Below, piece after piece: positions 50,898 to 60,863 of a stretch of DNA of 64,000 nt. Every line of letters starts with the position of its first letter. Positions within the stretch are counted from its first letter, which is position 1. Source of the DNA: Candidatus Binatota bacterium (lineage in GTDB: Bacteria > Desulfobacterota > Binatia > UBA1149 > CAITLU01); contig JAJRWY010000171.1 in the NCBI GenBank assembly GCA_024276575.1, positions 1,580 through 65,579 on the forward strand, in the 5' to 3' direction. The notes beneath the pieces are model-generated. The model was not told the DNA's origin. It did no database searches and saw nothing but the letters and a program-made list of their open reading frames with translations. Made by a program: the position numbers and the translations under genes.

Positions 50898-51622
50898 GCT
50901 AAATAGCTACAGCGTCGCGCGAGGGGTCAATTGCCGAAGTCTCGAGAAGCAGCATGCACCCCTATACGGGGGAGTTGACATCTCTCCACCTGCCCGTGGC
51001 GAAGCGAATCCACCAGTCCCTGATATCCGAAAGCCAACTAACAGCTATCGATCATCTTGTGCTAACTGCATCTTTGTACCACCACATCTTGTATGGGTGC
51101 AACAAAACCGCCGCCAGCTGCCGCCCCTACGGCTACTTTTCCTAGCGGCCTGTGCTTAGATCTGTGCAGTCTATGTGCACAAGCCTAGAGAAGGCTCTAT
51201 TCTAGGCGAAGAAATAGCAAAAGTATAGCGCGATTTGGCTGCTGCCAAAGCCGAGACTTCTCGACCCTGAAGCTCGACGCAACCCAGCAACTGATCAAGA
51301 AGACGCCGCAATGGAGCGGTAAGGGAATTACTGCCGCGAATGTCGAAGCCGGGGGCTTTTCTGCTATAGCTGCCTACAGGCCCACAGCCGCAGCAGGCGG
51401 CCCGGCGGTGGCGGCCACGCGCGGCACAGCGTCACGAACCACCGTGCAGCGGCAGCGCGGCGACGGCGCAACTAGCGGCAGTGAGCCGCAGCGGCGACAC
51501 TGCGATAGCGCAAGTCGCGGCGACATGGCCGCCAGCGGTGTCGCTGCGGCGTTACAGCGGCGGCACGAATAGCGGCAGCGCGGGCGTAGCCGCTTCAAGG
51601 CCTGTGCAGAGCAAAAACGATT

Positions 51623-52132
51623 ATGGCGGAAAAGCGGAACACGGGACCAAAAACGGTGGGTAGTATCCTACAAGACGCCCTCTCACGCCTGAACCTCGAC
51701 CGCGATCTCGACGACTATCGGATTTGGCAAGGCTGGGACGAGGTGGTCGGAGATCTCATCTCACGCAACGCACAACCCAGCAGACTCGACGGATCACGTT
51801 TGGTCGTGGTCGTGCGAAGTTCAACATGGATGCAAGAGCTGAGCTTGCTTCAACGCGAGTTGGTGGAGCGGCTCAACCGCTGGATGGGCCGGCAAGTCAT
51901 CAGTGAAATCTTTCTCGTCGTCGGCAAAGTGCCCGAAACATCGACGGCAGCCGGACGACGCCGTCGCGAGAAGTCCACGGCTAGAACGCGACCCGCGACC
52001 ATGCGCGCTGCAGACGGCCCGGACGACGCCGAGACGACGCCAACCGCGGACTTCGATCGCAGTGCCATGAGCGACGCTATCGCCGAAGCCTTCGACAGCC
52101 TGTGGCGTACGGCGCGATCCCACCGTCGCTGA
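51623..52132 (+). CDS. dciA: DUF721 (DciA-like) protein, putative replicative-helicase loader
   Basis: ..LNLDRDLDDYRIWQGWDEVVGDLISRNAQPSRLDGSRLVVVVRSSTWMQELSLL..LVERLNRWMG..ISEIFLVVG matches the DUF721 pattern; C-terminus low-complexity. Confidence 0.6.
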   Translation: MAEKRNTGPKTVGSILQDALSRLNLDRDLDDYRIWQGWDEVVGDLISRNAQPSRLDGSRLVVVVRSSTWMQELSLLQRELVERLNRWMGRQVISEIFLVVGKVPETSTAAGRRRREKSTARTRPATMRAADGPDDAETTPTADFDRSAMSDAIAEAFDSLWRTARSHRR

Positions 52133-52203
52133 CCACCCGTCGCCGCCCCTGTAAGCACCCCTGCAAAGCACCGATAAAAGACCGGCGCATGCAACGGCGC
52201 AAC

Positions 52204-53403
52204 TCAAACCAGCCGCTGCCTGGCTTCACCCGCAGGCGGCCAGGAAGCCGGCACCAACTCGGCCTCCAATCCGGCCAGTGCATGCTCGACCAAAGTGTCC
52301 ATCTCTACCAGCGACTCCGCCGCCAGAACCTCCTCGGGCTTGGCAGCGGTGGCGGGATGCTTGGGCACGAACAGCGTACAGCAGTCTTGATCGGGAATGA
52401 TGGATATCTCGAAACTGCCCTCCCGGTCCGCGTAACGGCTGATCTCCAGCTTGTCCATGCCCACCAAGGGCCGCAACACCGGCAGCGAGGCCGCACGCTC
52501 GACCACCGACATATTGGCCAACGTCTGGGAAGCCACCTGGCCGAGACTCTCACCGGTAACCAGTGCCGAGAGATGAGCGCGCTTGGCCAGCGCCGAAGCT
52601 ATACGCATCATCAAGCGCCGGTAAAGGATCACCCGTAAGGGGCGTGGAACGCACCGCACCACCTCTGACTGGGCGTCCCCGAAAGGAATCAAACTGAGAC
52701 GCGTGGGGCCTTGTCCACGTGCCAGCACCGCAGCTAGGCTCCGCGCTTTGTCGATGCTGCTGTCGTTCAGATACGGAACACTATGGAAGTGGATGCAATC
52801 GACCCGGCAGCCGCGCCGCATCATACGCAAACCGGCGACCGGAGAGTCGATGCCTCCGGAAAGCAGCAACAACACCCGCCCGCCGGTCGGCAGGGGCAGA
52901 CCGCCACAGCCCTCGAAGCGCTCGAAACCCAGGTATATTTCCTGCTCGAGGACAATGATCTGTATCGAGGAGTCAGGATTGCGAAGATCAACCGGCGCGC
53001 CCGTGGCACTTACCACCGCCGCGCCGACATGGGCGGCGAGTTCGGGAGACGTCATCGCAAAACGCTTATCCGCGCGCTTGACCCGCACCGCGAATGATCC
53101 ACTCGGTTTCCAGCTAACGAGAGCTTCGCTCACAGCGGCATCCACCGCTTCTATACTGGGCGCAAGACGCCGGGCCGGAACACAATTGGCCACCCCGGGC
53201 TGCACACAGATACGCTGCAACAACTCTGCCTCATCGGCATCGCCGATCTCGACCAGCAGGCGGCCCATTTTCGACGACACCGCACCGCAACCGAGATCCG
53301 ACAAAGCACGCCGCAAGTTGTCGAGCAAACGGCCCACGAACATAGCCCGCAAGCCGAGCTTGAGCGCCACTTCGTTGTAATGGACTACGATGACATCGTT
53401 CAT
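52204..53403 (-). CDS. thiI: tRNA 4-thiouridine(8) synthase ThiI (no rhodanese domain)
   Basis: THUMP-like N-terminus plus PP-loop LLSGGIDSPVA; start set at MNDVIVV. Confidence 0.8.
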   Translation of the reverse strand: MNDVIVVHYNEVALKLGLRAMFVGRLLDNLRRALSDLGCGAVSSKMGRLLVEIGDADEAELLQRICVQPGVANCVPARRLAPSIEAVDAAVSEALVSWKPSGSFAVRVKRADKRFAMTSPELAAHVGAAVVSATGAPVDLRNPDSSIQIIVLEQEIYLGFERFEGCGGLPLPTGGRVLLLLSGGIDSPVAGLRMMRRGCRVDCIHFHSVPYLNDSSIDKARSLAAVLARGQGPTRLSLIPFGDAQSEVVRCVPRPLRVILYRRLMMRIASALAKRAHLSALVTGESLGQVASQTLANMSVVERAASLPVLRPLVGMDKLEISRYADREGSFEISIIPDQDCCTLFVPKHPATAAKPEEVLAAESLVEMDTLVEHALAGLEAELVPASWPPAGEARQRLV

Positions 53404-53734
53404 GCTCTTAGCCTGCATATGCATGGAAGCTCGTCGCTAGAGTTGCAAGCGCCCGTGAGACCGGCCAGATGGGCCCACGCGTAGCGTCGATGCCCGCAAG
53501 TGCAGTTACGCTACGTCGAGGGCCGTGAGCCCGCGAGCAGCGCAGCGGGCTCACGAACACGGTCCGAAATTGCGAGCGGTCGAGGCGCGCAGCATGGGTT
53601 TCATGGCTCATACAGGTTGATACCGGACAGGGGAGGTCATACCGCGGCCACAAGGCGCACGGAAACCCGCTCCGGCTCGTGGCCGGGAATACGGCCGGCG
53701 CGGCGATTTGCCAAGCCACCGCGGCGCAACCACT

Positions 53735-54352
53735 ATGGAGGTTGTGCGTCGAGCCATCGCCGAACAATTGAACAGCCGCGAACGCCGGATGCTGAGCGCC
53801 GACACGTCGCTGCGTTGCGCAGTACTGGTTCCGCTCATCGAGGGACCGGAGGGAATCAGCGTTCTCTACACTCTGCGCAGCGAGGGTTTACCAAGCCACA
53901 AGGGGCAAGTCGCCTTCCCGGGCGGCAAGCGCAGTGAACACGATGAAGACTTGAGCCATACCGCGCTACGGGAAGCTCAAGAAGAAATCGGGCTCGACCC
54001 CCGCTCGGTGGAGATAATCGGGTGCCTGGACGACGTTTACACCCTGTCGGCCAAGTTCCATATAACTCCCTTCGTAGGTGTATTGCCCCACGGCCTCGAA
54101 CTGCGAGCCAACCCCGGAGAGGTAAGTGACATCTTCGAGATCCCTTTACTTGATCTTCTCGATCCCAAGCACCACGGCAGCCAGCGGCGTAGTTGGGGCG
54201 GCAACGACTACGAGGTGCCGGTAATATCAGCCGGGCGCCATGAAATCTGGGGAGTCACTCACGGCATCACCATGAATTTCCTGGAGTGCGTGAAACAACT
54301 CCCGTCTACGCTGTCCTTGGAAGTCAATCACGAAAGCGTCAAGCCTGCATGA
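53735..54352 (+). CDS. NUDIX hydrolase, CoA pyrophosphatase-like (NudL family)
   Basis: Nudix box GGKRSEHDEDLSHTALREAQEEIGL; start at MEVVRRA. Confidence 0.75.
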   Translation: MEVVRRAIAEQLNSRERRMLSADTSLRCAVLVPLIEGPEGISVLYTLRSEGLPSHKGQVAFPGGKRSEHDEDLSHTALREAQEEIGLDPRSVEIIGCLDDVYTLSAKFHITPFVGVLPHGLELRANPGEVSDIFEIPLLDLLDPKHHGSQRRSWGGNDYEVPVISAGRHEIWGVTHGITMNFLECVKQLPSTLSLEVNHESVKPA

Positions 54353-54479
54353 ACTCGGGACAAGTGCAGCAAGTGCAGCGTGAGTCCCACAGGCGTAGTG
54401 ACAGAAGCCCCTCGAGCATTAGAGAGTGTGGGCGACGATCCGGCAAGCAGCGAAGGCCCCGAAACGGCGAAGCGCCGGC

Positions 54480-55211
54480 TCAGATTTCTATGACCATACC
54501 GTCGTAGGCGCGCTCTATCTCCAGGCCGCTAGCGGCGCGGACGTCTTCGCCCAGATGAGTAAGAAGCAGGCGTTTGCATCCAAGTTGCGAGCGCCTACTG
54601 AGGATTTCTCGGTAACTGCTGTGAAGGGGAATGAGAGGATCCATGGAACAACACTCGCACAAGAACAGCCCCGTTCCACGGCTTCGTTCCACGAACTCGT
54701 CGGTCCAGGCGGAATCGCCCGAAAACAACAGGCTACTCTGGCCACTTTCAATGCGATATCCCAAGGAAAAGGGCTCTGCATTGTGAGGCACCTGGAAGGC
54801 TTCGCAGCGAAAGCCGGCCAGTTCCACGCTTTGCCCCGGTTCAATTTCCACGTAGTGCAGTTCGAAAGGAAGATCGCGGCATTGAATGGCGCCGTACAGC
54901 GACGAGTACAAGCCGCACACTCTTTGTTCTATTCCCGGGGGGCCGGCCACGGTCAACGGACGGTCGCGGTTATTCACGAAAGTGTATTCGAGATATAGAT
55001 AAGGGATGCCGCCGAAGTGGTCTCCGTGAAAATGTGAAACCAGCACGGCATCCGGCAGGTCAGTGGCGATTCCGTTTCGCTTCATCCCGGCAAGCACACT
55101 GGAACCCGATTCGAGCATGAGCCGGCCGCCCTCGTGTTCAAGAAGGTAGCAGCTATGAAGTGCACCGGCAGCATTGAACGCATCGCCGGAACCTAGGATG
55201 GTAAGCCGCAT
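54480..55211 (-). CDS. MBL-fold metallo-hydrolase (RNase Z/BN-like)
   Basis: HFHGDH metal-binding motif, ..ILGSGDA.. N-terminus. Confidence 0.7.
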   Translation of the reverse strand: MRLTILGSGDAFNAAGALHSCYLLEHEGGRLMLESGSSVLAGMKRNGIATDLPDAVLVSHFHGDHFGGIPYLYLEYTFVNNRDRPLTVAGPPGIEQRVCGLYSSLYGAIQCRDLPFELHYVEIEPGQSVELAGFRCEAFQVPHNAEPFSLGYRIESGQSSLLFSGDSAWTDEFVERSRGTGLFLCECCSMDPLIPLHSSYREILSRRSQLGCKRLLLTHLGEDVRAASGLEIERAYDGMVIEI

Positions 55212-55307
55212 AAGACTTGGCAGAGTAGGCGGCACATTCCCGGCAAGTCAAGCAATTTAATGGCTGGCCGCAGCAACCAGGCCCGTACAGCGGTAGCGAG
55301 CAAAGCA

Positions 55308-56570
55308 ATGGAACTCGAACTGGAAATTGAAAAGCTCGTCCACGGCCGCGCCGGGCTGGCCCGGCACGAAGGGCGCGTAGTGTTCGTCGACCGGGTAGCT
55401 CCCGGCGATAGGGTGCGGGCGAAAGTCGTGCGCAACAACGAGCGCTACCTAGAAGCGGAACTAATCGAGTTACTCGAAGCCGGCGAGGCGCGCTGCGAAA
55501 GCCCCTGCCCCATCGTAGACCGCTGTGGCGGATGCCCCTGGCAACAGGTGTCTTACCCGCGACAACTGGAGGCCAAACGAAGCGCAGTGATCGATTCGCT
55601 CGAACGAATCGCCGGTATCGACAATCCCGAGGTGGCTCCCGTGGTCTCTTCTCCCGAAATCTTTGGCTATCGCAACCGGCTCAAACTGCGCTTTGAAGCC
55701 GGGAAACTGGGTTTTTACCGAGCGCGCAGCAACTCTTTGGTACCGGTCCCCGACTGCCTGTTGGCGGAAACCCGGGTGCGTGAGGCCTTAGCGGCAGCCG
55801 AGTCTTTCACGGCGTCGCTCAGCACCAACGTAACGCGGGTAGAGATAGCATCGCGAGGACTGCTGCCCGGAGTTCTGCTGGCCGTAAACAGCCGCGGCAG
55901 GCTGCGCCGTTCCGACGCTCACCGGGTCCGGGAGACCATAGAACGCGACGACAACCCAATCGCCGGAGTGGTCATGTGGGGGCGTGGTTGGCGCAGGCAT
56001 TGGGGCGAAAGCGCCCGCAGCCACACAGTGGACGGGCAAGGAACGGTGGTCACGCAAAGCGGCGGCTCCTTCGGGCAAGTCAACGAGAAAGCCAATCTGG
56101 CCCTGGTTGCCGCAGTGGCCGAATACGCTCGAGGGTCACGCTCGGTACTGGAGATTTATGCAGGTGCGGGGAACTTCTCCTTGCCTCTGGCCCGCTGCTG
56201 TGGCCGCGTTACTGCGGTGGAAGCGTACCCCCAGGCAGTGGAGGCGGCCAAAGTGAGCGCGCGCAAGCTGGGACTGGGGAATCTCGACATCATAGAGCGT
56301 AGCGCACGCGATTTTCTCCACGCCTATACGGGAACGGCACCGGAGTTACTGCTCGTTGATCCACCGAGAAACGGCCTTAGCGACTGTGCAGAGGCAGCCG
56401 CCCGCCTGAAAGCGCCCAAACTAGCCTACGTATCCTGCAACCCCGCCACCCTGGCCCGTGATTTGCGATCTTTCATTGACCACGGCTACCGATTCAAGCA
56501 GGCCCTGACTTTCGACATGTTCCCCCATACGTTCCATGTGGAAAGCTTTTGCAGCTTGGAGTTGACATGA
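55308..56570 (+). CDS. rlmD: 23S rRNA (uracil-5-)-methyltransferase RlmD/RumA family (TRAM + Fe-S + MTase)
   Basis: TRAM domain, CxxxxCGGCxxQ Fe-S motif (CPIVDRCGGCPWQQ), class I MTase motifs, C-terminal ..VSCNPATLARD.. Confidence 0.8.
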   Translation: MELELEIEKLVHGRAGLARHEGRVVFVDRVAPGDRVRAKVVRNNERYLEAELIELLEAGEARCESPCPIVDRCGGCPWQQVSYPRQLEAKRSAVIDSLERIAGIDNPEVAPVVSSPEIFGYRNRLKLRFEAGKLGFYRARSNSLVPVPDCLLAETRVREALAAAESFTASLSTNVTRVEIASRGLLPGVLLAVNSRGRLRRSDAHRVRETIERDDNPIAGVVMWGRGWRRHWGESARSHTVDGQGTVVTQSGGSFGQVNEKANLALVAAVAEYARGSRSVLEIYAGAGNFSLPLARCCGRVTAVEAYPQAVEAAKVSARKLGLGNLDIIERSARDFLHAYTGTAPELLLVDPPRNGLSDCAEAAARLKAPKLAYVSCNPATLARDLRSFIDHGYRFKQALTFDMFPHTFHVESFCSLELT

Positions 56571-56584
56571 TGCCCGCCACTGCC

Positions 56585-56700
56585 TACCCTTTTTTCGGGA
56601 AACGGGTGGAAACGGTCAGAAACGGGGTCAGGTCCCGTTTCCATTCGGGAAACGGGACCTGACCCCGTTTCGAAAATGACCCCGTTTCCACCCCGTTTCC
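56585..56700. repeat. extended ~115-bp palindrome centred on a perfect 25-bp-stem hairpin (copy 1)
   Basis: CGAAACGGGGTCAGGTCCCGTTTCC-ATTC-GGGAAACGGGACCTGACCCCGTTTCG with additional GGAAACGG(G) arms on both sides; begins 15 nt after the rlmD stop. Confidence 0.7.
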
Positions 56701-56709
56701 GACACCACA

Positions 56710-56973
56710 ATGAAAAAGAAATCCAGCGCCACCAACCCCGTATCGCCACCAAGAACGAAAATCACCATTATTCCGGGTAAAGGTGTAGCCCAGGCGATCA
56801 ATTATCTGCTCGAAGACCGCGATGAGTTGGAATGGCTGGTCGCGGTGGGCCGCAACAAGGACGGCGAAATATTCTTCTACGACACCGGCGGGGATATCAT
56901 CGAGGATCTCGGTACGCTCGAATATCTGAAAGGGCGCATCGCCAGAGCTCATTTCGGCGAGGACTTTGACTAG
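56710..56973 (+). CDS. hypothetical small protein (87 aa)
   Basis: ORF only; acidic C-terminal half; no recognisable motif; weak RBS. Confidence 0.3.
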   Translation: MKKKSSATNPVSPPRTKITIIPGKGVAQAINYLLEDRDELEWLVAVGRNKDGEIFFYDTGGDIIEDLGTLEYLKGRIARAHFGEDFD

Positions 56974-57110
56974 AAGCCCGGGCGAGCAGCCGGGTAGGGC
57001 GAAAAACCCGCGGGATCGGCGCGCGGACAAGCCGCATCATCTTCACGGCCTTCACCCCGCTCAACGGGGTTGCGCTACTCCGGTCGACGCAGCCTGAACT
57101 TTCCAATCCC

Positions 57111-57794
57111 TTGCGTTACTTTTTCCTCTTCTACCTACTCAACTACCTGCTTCACAATCCCCTATTGGCCCTGATCGTATTGGGGACAGTGTTCTACTTG
57201 GGCGAGGCCCGCTATAGCGGCCGCTATTTCAATCCCACGACTTTCTTCTCGGCTCGATCGCAACTAAGCGAACTCGCAAGTAAGCTCTCCGTCAACCCGC
57301 ACGACGTAGCCGCACACAACGATCTCGGACGCTTGCTGGCCGGCCAGGGCAAGTTCAAAGAGGCCCTACCGCACATGGAAGCCGCGATCGCGCGCATGGA
57401 TGAATCCGCAGAGACCAACTACTTTCTCGGACTCTGCCTACTACACTGCGGCCAAAGCGAATCTGGAATCGAATACATAGAGAAAGCTTTGGAGCTGAGT
57501 CCCTCCTTTCTTTACGGAGAGCCCAGGAGGGTCCTGGCCCGCCACTACTTCGACTCGGGGAACTATCGCGAAGCGGCAGAGCAGGCGCGGCTATGCGTAA
57601 AAAAGAATACTTCGGCGGTAGAGGGTTGGTATCTGCTGGGGGCCTCCGAGCAAGAGCTTGGCAACAAGAAAAAGGCCCGCCAAGCCTACGCAAGCGCAGT
57701 GGAGGCGTATAACAACCTGCCTCACTACTTGAAACTGGCCGGCCGAAGCTGGAACCGCCGCGCCCGCAAGGCACTAAGGTCGCTTCAAGGGTAG
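57111..57794 (+). CDS. TPR-repeat protein with N-terminal transmembrane segment
   Basis: hydrophobic N-terminus then TPR-like helical repeats (..AHNDLGRLLAGQGKFKEALPHMEAAIA.., ..NYFLGLCLLHCGQSESGIEYIEKALEL..). Confidence 0.5.
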   Translation: MRYFFLFYLLNYLLHNPLLALIVLGTVFYLGEARYSGRYFNPTTFFSARSQLSELASKLSVNPHDVAAHNDLGRLLAGQGKFKEALPHMEAAIARMDESAETNYFLGLCLLHCGQSESGIEYIEKALELSPSFLYGEPRRVLARHYFDSGNYREAAEQARLCVKKNTSAVEGWYLLGASEQELGNKKKARQAYASAVEAYNNLPHYLKLAGRSWNRRARKALRSLQG

Positions 57795-57846
57795 AAACGG
57801 GGTCAGGTCCCGTTTCCTTTTGGAAACGGGACCTGACCCCGTTTCT
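57793..57846. repeat. perfect 25-bp-stem palindrome, copy 2 (identical stem to 56614..56668)
   Basis: GAAACGGGGTCAGGTCCCGTTTCC-TTTTG-GAAACGGGACCTGACCCCGTTTC starting at the TPR gene stop codon. Confidence 0.7.
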
Positions 57847-58125
57847 GTCGTTTCTGCCTGCGGGATCTGAACTGCGGGAATTGACAACGTCGCGGCGCTT
57901 TGATGAAAAAAAGCGGCCAGTGATTGTCCTTCGCTTCAGCTCTAAACGGTCGTTCTCGACCGGTTTCACTTGACTGCTCAGCATCGGTCGCGTGCCGATC
58001 TAGTCTAGTCCCATCACTTTAGCACTTTAGCTCTATCCGGAGCGCCGTCGGCCGCAGCCATTCTCGCGTCTGCCATCTAAGATCGCGCAGACGCCGGCCA
58101 CGCCGCACAAGACCGCGAGGCAGTC

Positions 58126-59505
58126 ATGTCACCACGAATCGTTATCTCATCTTGGGTACGTTCTCGGCTCTTTTCTCTCGTAGCTTTGCTGCCGATACTG
58201 CTGATACCGCTCGGCAATGCTGAAGCGTCACCTTCGAAAGCACAGCTCGAAGCGCGAGTCGAGCAACTCGAAAGTCAGAATCGCGAGATCCTCGAGACCC
58301 TGAAAGCCTTGCAGGAAGTGCTGCAAGAAAGAACGCAGCCAACGGAAGCAACAGCGGAGGCGCCAGCCCCCCCGGCCCGGCTCGCAGACGAGAGCACCAA
58401 GAAGCAGCCGGTCCGTGCCGGCAACAGCTTGGAGCCCTACGGCTTCGTGCGCATCGACTTCATCGGCGATGATTCGCTCCCGAGCAACGCGCAAACGCCT
58501 TTCTTCATTCGTTCCCCGGATAACCCCGGCGGCGGAGATCCAAATTTCACGCTCCATCCCCGGCTGACGCGTCTTGGTCTTCGGGTGCACGGACCGGAAC
58601 TCGCAACGCTGGCCGGCTCGAAGCTGGCGGGGCGCATCGAAGTCGACTTCCAAAACGGCGGCAGCGAGTCGCGTGAGATCATCCGCATTCGCCATGCCTA
58701 CATCGAACTTGAACACGGCGACTGGAGCTTGCTCGCAGGGCAAACCTGGGATGTGATTTCACCGCTGCTGCCTACGGCCAACAATGACACTTTGATGTGG
58801 AACGCCGGCAACCTCGGAGACCGGCGCCCTCAATTTCGTGTGGACTACCATCCCTCGCTAGGCGGTGGGGAACTGTCACTAGTGGGGGCCTTGGGCCTCG
58901 GCGGCGCCATCAATGCCCGTGATCTCGACGGCGATGGAGTGCGCGACGGGGAAGCTTCGGCTCAGCCCAACTACCAGGGTCGCTTGGGTTACAGCCACTC
59001 GCTGTGGCGAAAAGATGCACACTTGACCCTTGGCGCATGGGGACACTACGCAAGAGAGAAAAGTAGCAGCACCGTAGGCGGCAAAAGTCATTTCGAAGGC
59101 CTCTCGGCAGGCATTGACTACGATCTCTCGCTCAGTGAAGCGCTACGGCTACGCGGCGAGGCTTTCTATGGAAAAGATCTTCCGGAGTTCCGCGGCGGCA
59201 TCGGCCAAGGGGTCAATAGCAGCAGTGGGCGAGAGATAGAGAGCAGGGGCGGATGGAGCGAGTTGGCTTTGAAACTCAACACCATCGACACTGTCTACTG
59301 TGGTTTTGGCATCGACGATCCCGACAACAGCGACCTCGAAGAAGGCGCGCGCACGCGCAACCGGGTCTGGTGGATCGGCAACCGCCTGCGCCTCGCCCCG
59401 GCGCTCCTCGTGGGACTCGACTACCTACGCTGGAGCACGGATTTCGACGGCCTGCGCCGCGGCCGCGACAACCGGGTGAACCTGTACTTTCAATACGACC
59501 TGTAA
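58126..59505 (+). CDS. putative outer-membrane porin with N-terminal coiled coil (DcaP-like)
   Basis: signal peptide, heptad-like ..QLEARVEQLESQNREILETLKALQEVLQE.., then alternating amphipathic beta-strand pattern ending ..VNLYFQYDL. Confidence 0.5.
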   Translation: MSPRIVISSWVRSRLFSLVALLPILLIPLGNAEASPSKAQLEARVEQLESQNREILETLKALQEVLQERTQPTEATAEAPAPPARLADESTKKQPVRAGNSLEPYGFVRIDFIGDDSLPSNAQTPFFIRSPDNPGGGDPNFTLHPRLTRLGLRVHGPELATLAGSKLAGRIEVDFQNGGSESREIIRIRHAYIELEHGDWSLLAGQTWDVISPLLPTANNDTLMWNAGNLGDRRPQFRVDYHPSLGGGELSLVGALGLGGAINARDLDGDGVRDGEASAQPNYQGRLGYSHSLWRKDAHLTLGAWGHYAREKSSSTVGGKSHFEGLSAGIDYDLSLSEALRLRGEAFYGKDLPEFRGGIGQGVNSSSGREIESRGGWSELALKLNTIDTVYCGFGIDDPDNSDLEEGARTRNRVWWIGNRLRLAPALLVGLDYLRWSTDFDGLRRGRDNRVNLYFQYDL

Positions 59506-59591
59506 CCGGAATGGGCGGGCGTCCAACGACCACGGTAAAGATCGAACGATAGGCCCCTGGCACCCGTTGCCACGGCTTTGCCGCCCGGATC

Positions 59592-60863
59592 TCAGTCGAG
59601 GCAGTGGAAGAGCAGGCCGCTCAACAGCTTGGGGTAAAAGTAGGTGGATTTTTGCGGCATCAGCTCGCCGGCCTTGCATACCGCCGCCATCTGCTCGGCC
59701 CGCGTCGCATTCATCAAGAAAGCGCCTTCGAGCGTGCCCGCGTCGACTCTATCGAGCAGCGGCAGCGGCTCGATAGAGTACGCCAGCTTCACTTCCCCGC
59801 CTCCCGCACAACGCAACAAGCTACCGAGCAATTGCTCATGCAAGACTTTTACGTCGAGGGCGGCCAGCGGTGAAGTAGCAGCGGCCTTTTGATCCACGGC
59901 TTTCTTGGCCAGTAGGTAGTGGTCAAGACCACTAAGGGCGATGGCAAAACCGTTTTCGTCTTCGCGGCACGCAGCCAACGCGGCCAGCAACTCACCGCGC
60001 CCCGCCTCGCTCTTGGCATAGGCGCCAAGCTCGAAATCCTCGCCTAGCAACTGCTCGAAGCGCCGGTGGTCGAGCCCCCCCGAGTCCAGCAACTCACGAT
60101 GCGTGGGCAAGATCAGCATCCCTGGATCTTCGAAAGCCGCGAGAAAAGCCAGCACATGGGCCGTGGGCGCTTTGTCGTCACCGGGAGCATCGTCGCCGCC
60201 CGGAGGATCCACCCCGTGAATCTGCCGATGGTAGTTCAGTGCCGTTTCGTAGCGGTGATGCCCGTCGGCAATGAACACCTGCCGCCCCGCAAGCGCCTGC
60301 CGGACCTCCTCTATACGCTCCGGATCGCGCAACGCCCACATCATGTGCCTCACACCCTGGTGGAAAACATCGACCAAGGCTTGCTCATCCCAACCGCCGT
60401 CGGGACAAGGATGGAAATCCGGATTGGAAAACGTCCCAAAGATCGGGCTCAGGTTGGCTTTCACTTTTGAAGTGAGATCGAGACGGTCTTTCTTGTGATG
60501 CTCGAAAGTAGTCTCGTGACGCAACACCACGCCGCTAGAGAAAGGCTCCAAGTGAAGGGCGCCGAGCACCCCGACGCGGCGGCGCGGACCCCCGGCCTCG
60601 AACTCCTGCGCGTACAGATAAAAGGCGGGCTGCTCCTCGCGCCACAACACTCCCTGCTCGCGCCATTGGGTAAAATACCGGGCGGCAGCATCGTGGCCGG
60701 AGCTGTTCAGGATCAGTTTGACGACGTTGAAGGGCGATGAGGCGTCGAGCCTGTCACGCTGCTCGGGCGAGATGACGTCGTAAGGCGGCGCAACCACCTC
60801 ACTCATCGCGCCAACCGCGGACTCGCTGTAACGAAGTCCGCGAAAAGGTCTGAACCTAGCCAA
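59592..60863 (-). CDS. DUF1015 family protein
   Basis: N-terminal MARFRPFRGLRY.. and ..ADGHHRYETAL.. are hallmarks of DUF1015. Confidence 0.8.
   Translation of the reverse strand: MARFRPFRGLRYSESAVGAMSEVVAPPYDVISPEQRDRLDASSPFNVVKLILNSSGHDAAARYFTQWREQGVLWREEQPAFYLYAQEFEAGGPRRRVGVLGALHLEPFSSGVVLRHETTFEHHKKDRLDLTSKVKANLSPIFGTFSNPDFHPCPDGGWDEQALVDVFHQGVRHMMWALRDPERIEEVRQALAGRQVFIADGHHRYETALNYHRQIHGVDPPGGDDAPGDDKAPTAHVLAFLAAFEDPGMLILPTHRELLDSGGLDHRRFEQLLGEDFELGAYAKSEAGRGELLAALAACREDENGFAIALSGLDHYLLAKKAVDQKAAATSPLAALDVKVLHEQLLGSLLRCAGGGEVKLAYSIEPLPLLDRVDAGTLEGAFLMNATRAEQMAAVCKAGELMPQKSTYFYPKLLSGLLFHCLD

Noticed and set aside
50898-51180. Cobalamin riboswitch or NrdR boxes upstream of nrdJ
   Set aside because: A B12-dependent RNR is not expected to be B12-repressed. 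The GCCACGGGCAGGTGG segment only loosely resembles a B12 box. The GCACA repeats are direct rather than inverted, so do not fit the NrdR palindrome.
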